In this document: piece after piece, positions 20,898 to 38,256 of the stretch | Layout of the letters: each line of letters starts with the position of its first letter | Numbering within the stretch: position 1 is the stretch's first letter | DNA from: the human T2T-CHM13v2.0 reference genome, Homo sapiens | Assembly: GCF_009914755.1 (NCBI RefSeq) | Contig: NC_060932.1 | DNA: 64,000 nucleotides | Direction: 5' to 3' (one strand) | Notes under the pieces: model-generated | Databases searched by the model: none | Seen by the model: only the letters and a program-made list of their open reading frames with translations | Told to the model about the DNA's origin: nothing | Made by a program: the position numbers and the translations under genes

Positions 20898-21670
20898 GAG
20901 CTATTATTATGAAAGTATACTAATTTTTTTATTTGTGAAGCATTATTCCAGGAAGTAAGGGCCCTTCCTGTGTGTTATCCTTCTGCAGGGTTTGTTAGAG
21001 GGAAAGTGCTGGAAAACATGCCTTCCCCCAGCCCTCAACCCTTAACAGCTCTCAGCCCCGCTGCCCAGCCCACTCTCCAACTAAAGAAGCCAGCAGAGAA
21101 GTCTGAAACCATTTCCACACAAGACAGATGGGAGTGGAGTTCATCTCTCCCTGTCTTATGGGAGCTACTGGGGAATTAAAATGAAAAACAAAATCTTCTC
21201 TCAGAAAACTTCCCTACGAAAGTAGAAGTGAAGGAAAACAATTGTGTTATCAAGTAAGCATTGGACCAGAATATGATGCACATGATGGGCAACTCACTAC
21301 AGAGACAGCAGGCAGAACAAAACCTCTCTTTCATATAGCAAAGTGGATCCAACCCATTACAGTAGGGAGGTTCTGCTTGTGGAGTCAGAGGACAGCTGCA
21401 GTCAGGCCCACCTTCTTCCAGAACACCGGAGGATGGAGTGTGATTTACATACAGCTAAAATTTTTGAAGTAGAAAAGGAAGAAGGGGAAGGTCTCTTCCC
21501 TTATTTTCAGTGGGAAGAATTAAGCATCTCATCTTTAATTTGCACTTGCCCTTCCAGAGTCCATCACGCAGCTGGGGGGCCCTCGCCCTGGGCAGGGGCA
21601 GGAGGAAGCAGAACTAACATTGCTGAAGGATGTCAGGGACTGGGCCAGGTGTGATCAGAACTTTAATAAG

Positions 21671-22307
<637 letters not shown>

Positions 22308-22308
<1 letters not shown>

Positions 22309-23879
22309 GACTTTAATAAGGATTTAATCTTTATGACAACACTTTGAAGAAGGCATCATCCTCCTAATTGACAGAAGTGGGGTGGGGGATTTAGGCACAG
22401 AGAGGGGAGGCAACTGATCCAGGGTCACCAGCTTCCTTGACTAGGGTCACCAGCTCTCCAATCCCTGTGAAGCTGAGGGCTGGGCTTGTTAGCCTGATGT
22501 GCAGCCCAGGAGGAAGGCTGCCACAGCCGGAATACATGCAGGGCCGTCTGTGTTTACTGTCATTCCTGAGAGCTGTGGAGGAGCCAGCTCCTGGAGGGAG
22601 AACAGGACACCAACAGTGATTTTGCCCTTGACATTCAAAGGTGACCTGCTTACTAGCCTTTCAGGGGATCATCTTCACTGGGACCAGTCTCCCCTTAGAG
22701 TTGTTTCCAGTAAAAACAAAAACAAACAAAGAAAAAAAACCAGAAGAGGCCATTTATCCCTTTCTTTTAGCCCCGCTACCTGGGGGCTTCAGATATTTTG
22801 GCCCCTTCTTCTGGTTGTATATGGTTCTCCCAAACTGAAGAGCCCTGCTTCCTCCGCTGAGGCTAGAGGGCTGAGGTTGTGCATTTCAACACTGAAGGGC
22901 TGGTTGAGGGTCTGACCCCAGCATAGGTGCCATGCCAGGGCCATCAAGAAAAATTGCTGAGTGGCCAGAGTGGATTGGTGTGTGTGCTCTGAGATCAGCA
23001 GGAGCTAAGGAAGTGCTCTGGGGTCAGCTGAGAGGGAGCCACCACTTCTGCCTAGCAGGTCCAGGAGGTCGGTGCCATTGGCTGGAGTTGGGCCTTGAAG
23101 GATGAGAATTATTCAGCCCTGGTGGGGAAGAGGCAGGCAAAATTGGGCATTGGGAACAGGATGGGGAACAACAGCAAGACATCATCCTGGCTTCTAATTG
23201 GCCTCCTGCCCCGCCCCCACTGCCATCCATGGGTTTTCTCTCCCAGGAACAGAAACACAAACCAGATCAAACCACTTTAAAATCCTTCAGTACTCGCCAC
23301 TGCTCCTAGGAACAACAACAACAACAAAAATCTACATCCTTACCAGGGCCTCTATCTCAGTAGGATCCCCCCACTCCTCCACTGTGTTGGAGCCACACTG
23401 GCCGCTTCCTCAGTCTTTCATGCTCTTTCGAGTCGCAGGGCCTTTGCACTTGCTGTTCATGCCCTCCGTCGGAGAGCTCATTCCTGCTGTCTCTATCTTG
23501 CTTACTCTTTATCTTGTAGGTGGCAGCTTCCAGATCATTGCCTCAGAGACCTCTGATCACCACCCCGAGCCCTCTTATCCTCTATGGCTTCACTCCCATC
23601 ATGATTTGGAATTATTTATTTGTGAACTTGATTAGCCGAGATTGTAAATGACATGAGGTCAGGGACTGGACTGGGTATGTTTTCTTCTCTGTTGCTTTCC
23701 TGGCATGAAGTACAGTAAATACAGCACCTGATACATTATACATGGCCACAAATATTTGTTGAATGAATGAATAAAAGCACATTGGGTTCTGACCATTCAG
23801 TGTCCTGAAAGAATGCAGTTTTTCAAACTGTGCCTCACCATCCATTAGCGGGGTGTGAAATCAATTTAGTAGATGATGT
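22308..23879 (-). ncRNA. FAM83A-AS1: Probable FAM83A-AS1 lncRNA region (FAM83A intron 3)
   Basis: Position is mainly from recalled annotation. Sequence support: minus-strand ATTAAA at 22323-22328, donors GATG|GTGAGG (23839) and CTG|GTAAGG (23344), acceptor (ttg)n-cctag| (23305). Exon structure not determined. Confidence 0.45.
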
Positions 23880-24413
23880 CTAGCATTTTTTTTAAATGAC
23901 ACGGAATAGAATAAAAATAATCAGACCACGCTGAGGTAAAGGATGTTCTGGAAATTATTGTGTGGTTATGTACTTGTGGGTCATGATGTTAAATGTGCTT
24001 TTCCAAGAATAGCCAAGATAAATCCGAAAAAGAAAAACAAGCAGGGACGACTTGCCCTACCAGAGTTCAGAACTTGTCATGAAACTGCAGTAATCAAGAC
24101 AATGTGTCATTGGAGGAGGGACAAATTGACACACAGAACAGAAAGCTCAGGCACATATTCACACACCACAGGGCATGACAGAGCAGTGGGGAAAGGAGGA
24201 ACTGGAAAAAATAACTCCCCGTATGTAAAATGGGATTACTACCCACCATGCACGCATTTGTTTACAAATCGACTTGCAATAGTTGAAAAGAATTTGAATG
24301 TTGAAAATAAACTAAAACTCTCAGTAGATTTCTTTAAAAGGAAAACATACACACATTAAAAAAAAAAAAGCAGTGACCATAAAAGTTTGCTTAATCTGAC
24401 TATATTACAATTA

Positions 24414-27451
<3,038 letters not shown>

Positions 27452-28035
27452 TCAGCGTCAACGGGAGGCGCACGGTGCTCCTCCTCCACTCATCCCTGCT
27501 GGGTCCCTGTGCCTGAAAATGGAGCCGAATCCTCTTTCAGGAACGCTTTAGATTTTCGTGAAAACACAGTCCGGCTTCCCAAGAGCAGCCGCCTTTTGCA
27601 GGGGCTTTCCCGACCCCTGTGTGGTTAAAGGCGCGCTGGCCCTCCACATTCCACAGGTGGAGACGAGAAGGCCCCGGCTGCTGGGTGACTACCCTAAGCG
27701 CAGACTCTGGGGGCCTGAGACTCAGCTCCCTTCTGCCTCCTCAGGGAGCCTCTAAGGGGCTGCAATCTGAGCACCAGGAGGGAGCCTTGAGACCAGGGAT
27801 TCGCTCTGGCATCTTAATTATTCACCCGCAAACACATTCTGGCCCCTGAGCCTCAGTTTTGTCGTCTGTAAGAGAGGTGTCGCAATGTCTCTCTCTCAGG
27901 GTTTCTGCCAGGATGAAATGAGCCCAAGAGGAGGGGCAGCGGGCATGGGTTGGTCCCCTTCCGTCCCTGCCCCGAGGGGACCCACAACTCCCAGACTGGT
28001 CCCCCAGGAGGATCTTGGGGCCTGGGCCGGCGAAG

Positions 28036-28290
28036 CCTCCTATCTGTCCTCCTCCTCCTCCTCTTCCTCCTCTTCTTCCTCCTCCCCCTCCCCTCCTTTT
28101 CCTCCTCCTCCCCTTCCCACTTCCCTTCCCCCTCCCCTCCTCCTCTTCCTCTTCCCCCTCCCACTTCCCCTCTCCCTCCTTCTCCTTCCTCCACCTCCTC
28201 CCTCCCTCTTCCTCCCCTCCCCCTCCTCCTCCACTTCCCCTCCCCATCCTTCCCCCTTCTCCTCCATCACTCTCTCTCCTCTTCCCCTCC
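28036..28290 (+). repeat. Low-complexity C/T tract (extended polypyrimidine tract of exon 4)
   Basis: About 250 nt of almost pure C/T in (CCT)n/(CCCCT)n units, with no AG dinucleotide. Confidence 0.95.
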
Positions 28291-28860
28291 AGCTTCACCT
28301 GGCTCTGCGGACACGTGCACCGGAACATCCTCTCCAAGTTCACAGGCCAGGCGGTGGAGCTGTTTGACGAGGAGTTCCGCCACCTCTACGCCTCCTCCAA
28401 GCCTGTGATGGGCCTGAAGTCCCCGCGGCTGGTCGCCCCCGTCCCGCCCGGAGCAGCCCCGGCCAATGGCCGCCTTAGCAGCAGCAGTGGCTCCGCCAGT
28501 GACCGCACGTCCTCCAACCCCTTCAGCGGCCGCTCGGCAGGCAGCCACCCCGGTACCCGAAGTGTGTCCGCGTCTTCAGGGCCCTGTAGCCCCGCGGCCC
28601 CACACCCGCCTCCACCGCCCCGGTTCCAGCCCCACCAAGGCCCTTGGGGAGCCCCGAGTCCCCAGGCCCACCTCTCCCCGCGGCCCCACGACGGCCCGCC
28701 CGCCGCTGTCTACAGCAACCTGGGGGCCTACAGGCCCACGCGGCTGCAGCTGGAGCAGCTGGGCCTGGTGCCGAGGCTGACTCCAACCTGGAGGCCCTTC
28801 CTGCAGGCCTCCCCTCACTTCTGAAGGTCCCATCCCCTGCTGCCCTCCGCAGGCCCAGGG
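28290..28860. promoter_or_regulatory. Gene-body CpG island over FAM83A last coding exon
   Basis: High GC and CpG density compared with flanks. Confidence 0.7.
28293..28824 (+). CDS. FAM83A: FAM83A coding exon 4 (end of DUF1669 plus Pro/Ser-rich tail, stop TGA)
   Basis: Acceptor ccctccag|C completes AG+C=Ser; FTWLCGHVHRNILSKFTGQAVELFDEEF...QASPHF*; exon sum 480+168+125+532=1305 nt = 434 aa + stop. Confidence 0.97.
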
Positions 28861-29703
28861 CTGGGCACTCCCTGAGACCCAAAGACCCACCTCAACGACG
28901 AGTGGCGTTGAGCCACTTCCCTTTGAAAAGACACTCAAAATCACTGCCATGGTTCAATGTTCCCAGGCCCCAGGCCATCCACTTGCCGGCCCCCACCAGT
29001 TCTTGGGTTCCCCGCTCTAGTTTGACCTGTGCAGCACATTCCAGAAGGTTCCAGGGAGGTTGTGGGGCAGCTAGAGGACAAAATCATGAAAACAGAGTCC
29101 CTGTCTTCCAGAGATCATCCGGGGCTTTAATATTAATGGCCCCCAAAACTCCGTAAGAAGCAGGAAATGCAGCCCAAGTTTTACAAATGGGTAAACAGAG
29201 GCACTGAGAGATAGATGGTAGTTTGGTACTTCTGGTTCCCAGTGCCCAGGAATGGTCCACTCCCAAGAAATTCAGGAAAGAAAGACTGAGGAGAAGGTGT
29301 GGGAACATTCTGGATGTTTCGGGAGAGTTGGGGAAACTCCTCCTCTTAGGAAAGGCTAATACTAGGGTATCCTTGGGCCCAATGAATTAGGGGTGAGGCC
29401 CCAGAACCCGTTATCTATGAGTTGTATGGGGGAGCCATCTGAAGCTGTAGCCACCAGGGATGCAGCTAGCTGAGGAGTTTGGGGTGTTGGGTTGGACAAG
29501 GCAGGTTAGTAGACTCAGATTCTTGCTTCAAAGAGCCTTGGGCTGGCCTGGAGGTCCCTGGAGTCTAGACTGGACCTAGGAGCTTGAGTTGTCAGGGGCC
29601 AGGACTGGCCCCACTGCAGTGCCCAGGCCAGTCTTGAGCAGCAGGGAGGGCTCAGCTGTCCCCAGATCCAGGTGCCTCTGACCAGCCTGGTCACCTCCTG
29701 AGG

Positions 29704-29709
29704 AATAAA
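29704..29709 (+). terminator. FAM83A proximal poly(A) signal
   Basis: AATAAA about 880 nt after the stop, followed by T-rich sequence. Confidence 0.55.
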
Positions 29710-29849
29710 TGCTGAACCTCACAAGCCCCATCATTCATTTCTTCTCAATTCACAGTGCCCCTCTTTGTTTCTGGGGTGGAACTAGGTCCTGAGGGCACAG
29801 CCTAGCTGAGTGCAAAGAAATATAGGATGCTTAGAAAGCATACAGGAGG

Positions 29850-30118
<269 letters not shown>

Positions 30119-31190
30119 AGAGAGAGCATAGAGGAGGGTTGGCCAGCCCTGTGGTGGGTGGGATGTCAGAGACACTTCCCAGATAAAGTAAGAGTTAACC
30201 CTGCACCTCAGGTGTGATAGTGGGGTCAGTGGTATGTGATCCAGGCTGGGGAGCCAGAGGGGAGCAGGTGCCAACTCCACATCCTTCTCCTGTTTCTAGG
30301 CCCTCTCCTCCCTTGTCGGTTTTTGGCGGGGAAGCTCAGCCTTCGCTGTGGAGGGACGAGAGCACAGAGCTCTTCCTCCTGGTGGCCTCTGACCCCTGAC
30401 GGCCTGTGGCATCCTCCCTAGTCCCCTCTGCCCATCCATCCCTCTGTTCCAATTCTCCACTGCTCCCAGCATGATCTGGGGCATCTTGGCTTCTGGTTTC
30501 TTTTATTATTATTATTATTATTAATTATTGTATTCCTGTCCTTCACTTTTTTCCTCCTTAGTTCCTGAAAGTAAACAAAACAAAACAAAAACAAAAAAAC
30601 AAACAACACTTTGGTTCCTGATGGCTTTCTGAACCCAGCCCTGACCTTGTTGTTTCACAGCTGACGGCTGAGATGAGGTTAGAATGACTGGGCCCGGCTG
30701 AACATTCCAAATTGGATTTCACCATCTGCTGAGAAAGTTTAAGGAAGGCAAAGCTTGCCAGGTCACAGAAGCTCCCAAGCCCAGCTTTCCAAAGGCCTCA
30801 GCCTGTGCCTGTGTCGAGCTCAGTCCTGGGAGATAGGGGAGAACCTGCAGGCAGGAACAAGCCCCCCTACTCCTGACCACCCTCCATCAGCAGTCTCCCC
30901 TCCGTGGTCGTCTTTGTTGACAAAGGTGCAGTTTCTCCTCTCCTGGGCACCTGTAACATGTGATGCGCTGCCTGCTGGGAGGTTAGGTCGGGGCTGCCCC
31001 GGCGAGTGGAGCATGAGCAGAACCGCCGAGGGTCACTTCTGGGCAGAAGCTTTGAGAGCCTGGGTCCAGGTTGCCACATAGAAGCAGCTCTCCAGTTGAA
31101 ACCCTCCTCTGCCAGCCTGGGGTCCTAAGCGATGAGCAGAATCCCCCACTCCCACCCCACCAACCCACAATGGATATGTAGTGAGCAAGA

Positions 31191-31196
31191 AATAAA
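31191..31196 (+). terminator. FAM83A distal poly(A) signal within a MaLR (MLT1-like) LTR remnant
   Basis: gaAATAAAcctttgttgtttaagccactgcgatttggggattgttt resembles the 3' end of MLT1 LTRs; GT-rich downstream element. Confidence 0.6.
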
Positions 31197-32148
31197 CCTT
31201 TGTTGTTTAAGCCACTGCGATTTGGGGATTGTTTCTTCCTGCACCATGATCTAGCTTTGCCCGAGTGATACAGCCTCTGAGACCCCCCAACTCCAGGCTA
31301 GGCCATTGCTCTGGATTCCCAAGACCCCCCGACACATACACTATTTCCACCACAGGATTAGGGGTGGTTTGACACACCTGGCAATTGTCTATCTGAAAGC
31401 TAGAAGAAGTCTTTATCCAACTTTCAAATCCTACAAAACCGGGTCACGTTCCATCTTTAATTCTGCTCTGGGTTATAATCACACCTGTACCTCCCTCACT
31501 GCGGCCTGCTTGCTAGAGTGTCACTCCGTGTCTTTAAACATATGGAGTCTCTACTACAGTGTGAATTTCAACAGCTGCAGCTTAGCATCTCTTATGTGCC
31601 AGGCACTGTGTCAGCTCCGGAGAGGGCTGGGAGGGACCTTCATGTGAACAGCCACCATGAAGAACATGAGAGAATGAAGAAATACTATGATCTTCATGTC
31701 CTGGGGTACCTCACCTAAGGTCAAACACATCCCCCAAACCAGGGACTTTGGATCATAGGACCTATCTACAGGACAGTCAGCCAACATGGACTGAGGTGTG
31801 GGTTGCTAATGATCAACGCTGCTCCTCAGAGCCCCTGTCTCCTAGGAATGATCTGTTACCTGCACTTGGTCCTCATCAGATACTGCTCTCCTGTCTCTCC
31901 ATTTACATCATAAGAGCCCAGAGACCAAAGGTATCTCTCTGGACCCACAGGTCCAGAGCTACATTGGTGCCACAGACAGTCCAAGGGCACAGTCAGTCCT
32001 CCCTGGTTGAACACTGGTGAGGAGCTTTGCTCCTACAGGGGAGACGAATAATCAGATACCCCAGACCACCTTCACTCTCTGTCCCTCCAGAATGTAGGGG
32101 AGGAAGGGCTGCCTCGCCTTCACTTAGTCTTCGTGCTGACCCTGCTAG

Positions 32149-32340
<192 letters not shown>

Positions 32341-33187
32341 TAATTTTTGTATTTTTTGTAGAGATGGGGTTTTGCCATGTTGGCCAGGCTGGTCTCAAAC
32401 TCGCGACCTCAGGTGATCCACCCACCTCAGCCTCCCAAAGTGCTGGGGTTACAGGCGTGAGCCACTGTGTCCGGCCCAAATATTTCACTTTCTGAACTTG
32501 ATCCAAAAAGCCGGTGGACACAGAGAAACTGTCACTCACTTTCCTAGCTTCCTCTTGAAGAGTGTCTCTGTGTTGGAACTGTTATTAGAGGATGTAAATA
32601 CTGCAGACACACGTGCAAACATAAACACAACCTCCTCTTGCTGTTGTTCACTGTATTTCGTTTGACCCAGGCATTGCTTCCTAGGGCGCTCCATCCTTCT
32701 TTCCTCTGTAGCGTGTGGTGAAGGAGAGCATGAAACCATGATGCAGCACACGGGGCGGATGGAGAGACGCGGCGCAGACGACGGCGGCGCGCCGGGGAGG
32801 CTGAAGTCCACCATAGCTATGCTTGCCAAGGCCACCTTCCCCTACTGCCCACTCCCTGAGTCAGGCAAGGACGCCCTTCACAAATTCACACAAAGACACT
32901 TTCTAGGCTAGTGGCCTTGACTTGAGAACAGAGATTTTCAGATTCTCCCACTGACATGGTGGTGAGTGAAGAATCCCCAAGGTCGTTGAGCCCTATCTTC
33001 CCAGTCTCCCCGGAAAAATACAAGCAGGCCTTTCCCTTGATTTTCAGGAACGTGGAGGAATAACAAATGCAAACCCTGGAGATAAGGAAGATGCCACCGA
33101 CGAAGCACACAAAGCAGCCCAGAGAAAAGGGAAGAGTAAGAAAAATCCTCTGCAGGGGGCTTTCCCTGTTTGTGTTTGGAAGGGCAG

Positions 33188-33460
33188 TGTGTACCTAGCT
33201 AGGGCTGCTGAAACATAAACACCACACAATGGGCAGCTTCAACAACAGAAATGTATTCTCTCATAGTTCTGGAGGCTGGAAGTCCAAGACCAAGGTGTCC
33301 ACAGAGCTAGATTCTTCTGTGGCCGCTCTCCTTGGCTCACAGATAGCCTTTCTCCTTTCTTTTGCTACCCCTTCATGTGGCCATCCCTCTGTGTGCCTGC
33401 ACCCCTGGGGTCTCCCTGCATCTCCAATTTCCTCTTCTTATAAGGACACCAGTCAATTGG
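33188..33460 (-). mobile_element. MLT1-type LTR remnant
   Basis: ...ACAACAGAAATGTATTCTCTCATAGTTCTGGAGGCTGGAAGTCCAAGA...CTTATAAGGACACCAGTCA. Confidence 0.65.
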
Positions 33461-34613
33461 ATGAAGAGTTTAAGGAGCTGTGCACTGATGCCAGGTGGAC
33501 TTATGATGGTTAATTTCATGTTTCAACTTGGCTACGGAGCGTCCAGATATTTGGACAAACATTCTTCTCGATGTTTCTGCGAGGGTGTTTCTGGATGATA
33601 CTAACACCTGACTTTGTAGATTGAGTAAAGCAGATTATCCTTCCTAATCCGGACGGGACTCATGCAGTGGTTCCCCTGCTGAATATCCTATTCCAAATCC
33701 TGGATTTGCAATTAAAAAGGGGGTGTAGAGCCCTGGAGGTCTGGGCTTGGTGAGGCCAGCCTTGGGTTCCGCTTCAAAGGGGCCTGCATTCATGTATTTC
33801 ATCACAATTGTGGCCTACAACGTGCCAGGGGAAAGAGAATGGTGCTGGCACTCAGCTCACATGAAGGTGTCCGGAGCCTTGCTGCCTCTGGGGTTTGCAC
33901 TGCCCTGATCTGAGGTTTGTTGGACTGAGAGAGAATGATATGGAGCAGTGACAGGGGCCAGGGAAGGTCTGTATGAGGGGAGACATCAGTGCTGAGCCCT
34001 GGAAGGGAGACAGAGCCAGCCACACAAAAGGCAGGCAAGGCATGCCAGCCAGAGGGGAGAGCCTTGGGGAAGAGCTTGGCTCTGTTCAACAGCAGCCGAG
34101 AGTGATGCCCTCTCCATCAGTGTGGATCCCCAAGGCACCTCTTCTTGGGTGTCTTGAGCTCACCTCCACCCTCCAGGTGAGCACTTATACCTGGGGCTCT
34201 CCCAGAAAACACATACTGCTTGAAGCTCAAAGGTAGTTTAACATTTAGAAAGTAAAATCAGATTTGCCATTTAAAGCACAGCCCAATACCAGCCATTCTC
34301 CTGTTCACAAGCTTTCCGTCTGACTACAGCCAAGCTGCTCACCAGGGTATCGATGGGGCCTCGTGATTCAGCGCTGGCTCACCTGCCAGCCCCATTCCCC
34401 ACCACCTCCCTTCCGGCCGCTCAACTGGCCACCAGCCTCCACTTCCTCTCTGCCTTTGCTCTCCTTATCCCTCAGCTGAGGACCCTGACACGATACCTCT
34501 CATTCTCCACCGAGCCTGCTGCAAACCTTCGTCTCTCCTGAGGCCCAGCTCAGATGTTACCTCCTTCCTGAAGCTTCTTTGAGAGCCCTAGCCCTTGTCT
34601 GCATGCTGCACTA

Positions 34614-34986
<373 letters not shown>

Positions 34987-35199
34987 CTAGTAGATGGGAG
35001 CTGCCTAAAAGCCAGTGTGGCCTCTGATCTTTGATATTGCCTACAACAATGCTAAACCAAGGTTTACCATTAAGCCGATGAGTGAAAGTATGTCATTTAT
35101 AAAGAGCCTTCTGAGACACGAAGTGTTATCCTCAAGCCAAGGTTAGAAGGATTCAAGTGGCCCATATTAGGATTCTTGAGTTGCAAGGACTGGGTTACT

Positions 35200-35630
35200 T
35201 GGTGTGTTGGTTTCCTATTGCTGCTGTAAGAAATTACCACACGCACAGTGACTTAGAGCAACACATTTTCATCTACAATTCTCTCATTCCGACTCTCAAG
35301 ACGGGTCTCACTGGGCTCGAATCAAGGTGTCTACAGGGCTGTGCACTTTCCGGGACACACTGTAGGAGAGAATGTTTCCTTGCCTTTTCTACCCAAATTT
35401 CTTGGCTCATAGCTCCTTCCTCCATCTTTAAGTTAGTGCCGTAGCATCTTTCCAACTCTGATTCTCTCCACCTCGACCTTCCATTTTTAAAGATCTCAGC
35501 AATGACATTGGGCCCACTTGGATGACGCAGGATAATCTACCTATTTTAATGTCAGCTGATTAGAAACCTCAATTCCCCTTTGCCATGTAACCTAATGTAT
35601 TCATAGGTTCTGGGGATTAGGATGTGGGCA
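35200..35630 (-). mobile_element. MLT1-type LTR remnant
   Basis: TTTCCTATTGCTGCTGTAA...AAATTACCAC...GGTTCTGGGGATTAGGATGTGG. Confidence 0.65.
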
Positions 35631-35852
35631 CGCCGACCACACTCCAGGGTTCTCATGGAGGCCTCAGGCCCTAGAGACCAGGAAGAGCCTGGAATCCTAA
35701 GTAGTAAAGCAGACAGGGGTGGTGGCTCACACCTGTAATCCCAGCACTTTGGGAGGCCAAGGCGGGCGGATCACCTGAGGTCGGGAGTTCGAGACCACTC
35801 CGTCTCTACTAAAAATACAAAATTAGCCAGGCATGGTGGTGAATGCTACTCA

Positions 35853-35957
<105 letters not shown>

Positions 35958-36923
35958 TCAAATAAAGAAAAAAGAAAAAAAAAAAAGTAGCAAAGCAGAG
36001 AACTGTCCCTCTGCCCCTTTGGGGCATCTCCTTCATTTTGCTTCTCTGCAGTCCTGCCCTGTCTATTCCTCAGTCACTTTGGCAGAACACAGCCACCCCC
36101 CTACTTTTGAGCTTGCTAGGGTCAGACCCATGAGAAGAATCATTTCTGAACCTCTGGGAGAGAATCTGATTAGCCAGGTACAGCTTGGGTCAGGTACACC
36201 CCCCGACTCCCGCATCAGTTAAGGTAGTTGAGTACAAACATGATTGCTAGGTACTCACCCCTGTGAAAGAGAGAGGAGGGGGGCAAGGGTGGTGGTTAGC
36301 TCAGAAGCTGGGCAGATACAACACCAAAGCGCTAGGTGATGAAGCCACCCCGTGCGAAGGAGGGAGAAAAGGACAAGGAGGACAAATGCCTTTCCTCTCC
36401 AAACTTCTTTAGCAAAGTCTCCTGATGGACACATTTTGACTGGGAAAACAGAAATGGAGCTGCCACTCTTCGGAATGTTCTTCTGCAGGTTCGGGGGGCA
36501 TTCTCTTCAGCTTCTGACCCTACAGCACAGGGCCAGGCACAGAGAAAGCGAGCGCGTGTGGATGACCGAGTCCGACTTGACTGCGTGTGCAGCCACACTG
36601 GCAGAGTTCTGGGCTCTTCTGCACATCCCTCTCTGTTTGCTCATTGTTTTGTTGTTTTGATTAATCCCCTGGAAAGCAGGGTGTAAACAGACTACCTAGA
36701 TTCAAGTTCAAAAGCACTATAAAGCTGCCCTTTAAAACATCTTTTAATAAATGGTGGCCTTAGATTTGTTTTGTAGAGATTTTTTGCCCAAGGTTTTCCT
36801 AAAAGGAAGCACATTTTTTTGAAACATGGTTCTGTGCAGGGTACAGGGCCACCTCTGGCACCAGAAGTGGGGTTTGGTGGGGACAGGCTGTGCGCTTGTG
36901 GCTTGCCATGCCTCAGACTGCCT

Positions 36924-36999
36924 CTGCAAGGGCCTGAGCTCCAGGAAGGCAGCAATGACAGATGCCACTGCACGTCCATGGAGCTCAGCTCCACCACAG
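36924..36999 (-). ncRNA. MIR4663: MIR4663 precursor hairpin
   Basis: Minus strand 36990-36967 = AGCTGAGCTCCATGGACGTGCAGT, matching the miR-4663 mature sequence as recalled; the CTGAGCTCCA / TGGAGCTCAG arms pair. Confidence 0.85.
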
Positions 37000-37887
37000 A
37001 AGGCAAACCAGAGACACCGCCCTAGAGCTTGTGATCTGGCCAGGAGGAATTATACAATAAATTAATTACAATTCCAATAAGCCATTAAAAAAAAAAAAGC
37101 ACAGGGCATATGATGACATTTGAAGGGGAACCCGAGCCAGTCTGGGGATCGGGAGCATCTTGTCTGAGAGTGACCTTTGGGTGGAGATCCACAGGAAGGG
37201 GACGTTTAAGGCTGGGCTGGGGGAGTGCAGGGGAGAATGTTCAAAGTGGAGGTGACTGGATGGGCAAAGGCTTGAGCAAGGGCAAGCTTGAGGAGTCAAA
37301 GAACAAGAGAGGAAACCAGGGTGGGTACAGTACCAAGGGAAGCAAAGCGAGTTGGGCTGGAGTGGGTCAGGGCCAGGCCATGTGGGGCCTCGCAGGCCTC
37401 ATGAAGGACTATGAGAATGATGTGTTCTTCGTTTTTTTGAGACAGAGTCTCACTCTGTTCCCCAGGCTGGAGTGCAGTGGCGCGATCTCGGCTCACTGCA
37501 ATCTCCGCCTCCCAGGTTCAAGCAATTCTCTGCCTCAGCCTCCCGAGTAACTGGGATTACAGGTGCCTGCCACCATGCCCGGCTAATTTTTGTATTTTTT
37601 TTAAAAAATTTTGTATTTTTAGTAGAGATGGGGTTTCACCATTTTGGCCAGGTTGATCTTGAACTCCTGACCTCGTGATCCACCCACCTCGGCCTCCCAA
37701 AGTGCTGGGATTACAGACATGAGTGAGCCACTGTGCCCGGCCAGGACTGTGAGAATATCTTTCCAAGATCCCTCTGACCCAGTGTGAGGATGGTAGGGGT
37801 GTGAGAATATAAAGGACAAAAGATGGCCAGGCGCAGTGGCTCATACCTGTAATCTCAGAGCCTTGGGAGGCTGGGGCAGGCAGATCA

Positions 37888-38256
<369 letters not shown>

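Noticed and set aside
28015-28292. Poly-Pro N-terminal part of ORF 28015-28824 and the Glu/Gly-rich antisense ORFs
   Set aside because: Stop-free only because the intronic tract is almost pure C/T; the real exon starts at 28293
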